Shown piece after piece: positions 63,500 to 64,000 of a stretch of 64,000 bases of DNA; within the stretch, counting starts at the first letter, position 1, and every line of letters begins with the position of its first letter. The position numbers and the translations under genes are program-made. The notes beneath the pieces are model-generated. The model ran no database searches, was not told the DNA's origin, and was given only the letters and a program-made list of their open reading frames with translations. This stretch comes from Bacillales bacterium UBA6449 (GTDB taxonomy: Bacteria > Bacillota_I > Bacilli_A > RFN20 > CAG-288): NCBI GenBank assembly GCA_002437105.1, contig DJOB01000004.1, forward strand, positions 189,162-253,161. Direction: 5' to 3'.

Positions 63500-64000
63500 C
63501 TACCTGGCTTTCCTTTCTGCCTCCAGGACCATAGTGGTTTCCCGAGGTACACGTAATTTTATAATATTTTTTGAGAAATTGTTAAGTAGGATAGTTTCGT
63601 TTTGCACCCCTATGGTGCCTGAGATCTGGCCCTCGCTCGCGGCTTTGGCGGCCTCCGCCCCGAAAACCTGGGCGAGGATCCGATCCTGAGGTGCGGGAGA
63701 GCCTCCTCTCTGGGTGTGTCCTAAGACATCGTATCTGGTCTCGTATCCGCTATCGCGAGCCAGGTCTTGACTCAGCTTCTGACCATCGATGAGGTTCTCG
63801 CTCATGACGATCAGGCAGTATCTTTGCCCCCGTGCTTTGATCTCTCGTACCCGCCGGAGGATTTCGGGGTACTCAGGGCAGTCGGCCTGGGTGAGGATCA
63901 GGTCCGCTCCCGAGGCGAAACCGGAATAGAGGGCGATGTCCGGGCAGCGGCGTCCCATGGTCTGCACGATGAAGAGGCGCGAGTGGCTCTCCATCGTATC
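63500..64000 (-). CDS. pfkA: ATP-dependent 6-phosphofructokinase, C-terminal part (N-terminus beyond the window)
   Basis: DTMESHSRLFIVQTMGRRCPDIAL and LGHTQRGGSP motifs. The frame is still open at base 64000. Confidence 0.9.
   Translation of the reverse strand, partial: DTMESHSRLFIVQTMGRRCPDIALYSGFASGADLILTQADCPEYPEILRRVREIKARGQRYCLIVMSENLIDGQKLSQDLARDSGYETRYDVLGHTQRGGSPAPQDRILAQVFGAEAAKAASEGQISGTIGVQNETILLNNFSKNIIKLRVPRETTMVLEAERKAR

Noticed and set aside
1-64000. CRISPR arrays, rRNA genes, additional tRNAs, retron or diversity-generating elements.
   Set aside because: I saw no regularly spaced direct repeats, no rRNA-like segments and no reverse-transcriptase-like ORF. The only cloverleaf found is tRNA-Phe. 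A by-eye scan of 64 kb is not exhaustive.

Overview
This is a 64-kb chromosomal window with a backbone of about 55% GC (33 G/C in the 60 nt at 42601-42660, counted by hand). It uses the standard genetic code: TGA acts as a stop inside ATGA start/stop overlaps.

Gene order looks Bacillota/Mycoplasmatota-like. Examples are dnaE-polA-mutM/coaE, rlmB next to a sigH-like sigma factor, pfkA-pyk-glk-thrS, and fruR-fruK-fruA-ptsH with ptsI divergent. Many lipoproteins and glycolipid-type glycosyltransferases are present.

I can support about 55 protein genes, one tRNA-Phe(GAA) and several intrinsic terminators. I found no rRNA genes and no CRISPR array.

The supplied ORF track has two gaps. It omits ORFs that touch the window edge, including a 485-codon Wzy-like ORF at 1-1457 on the minus strand. 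It also omits ORFs shorter than 60 aa.

The only clearly accessory segment is an AT-rich island of about 5.1 kb (42858-47991; 13 G/C in the 60 nt at 43261-43320). It lies between the ptsH terminator and the 3' end of tRNA-Phe. It carries:
- a nonsense-riddled remnant of a probable large serine recombinase
- a degenerate IS1595-like element with 28-bp terminal inverted repeats
- an orphan gene pair of 71 aa and 183 aa
- a 441-aa orphan gene split by a frameshift in an A6 tract

I cannot assign the island cargo to any family. It is the best place to look for something undescribed, but it looks fossilised.

Backbone oddities worth a second look:
- a P-type ATPase with Na,K-ATPase-like (P2C) ion-site motifs, translationally coupled to two TrkA/KtrA RCK genes, next to a cdaA whose DGA motif reads DMG
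- an in-frame Fpg-CoaE fusion
- a 1405-aa acidic protein with a possibly CvpA-like membrane N-terminus
- an HPr with Arg at the Ser46 position

All functional calls rest on motifs I recognised by eye. No database search was possible.
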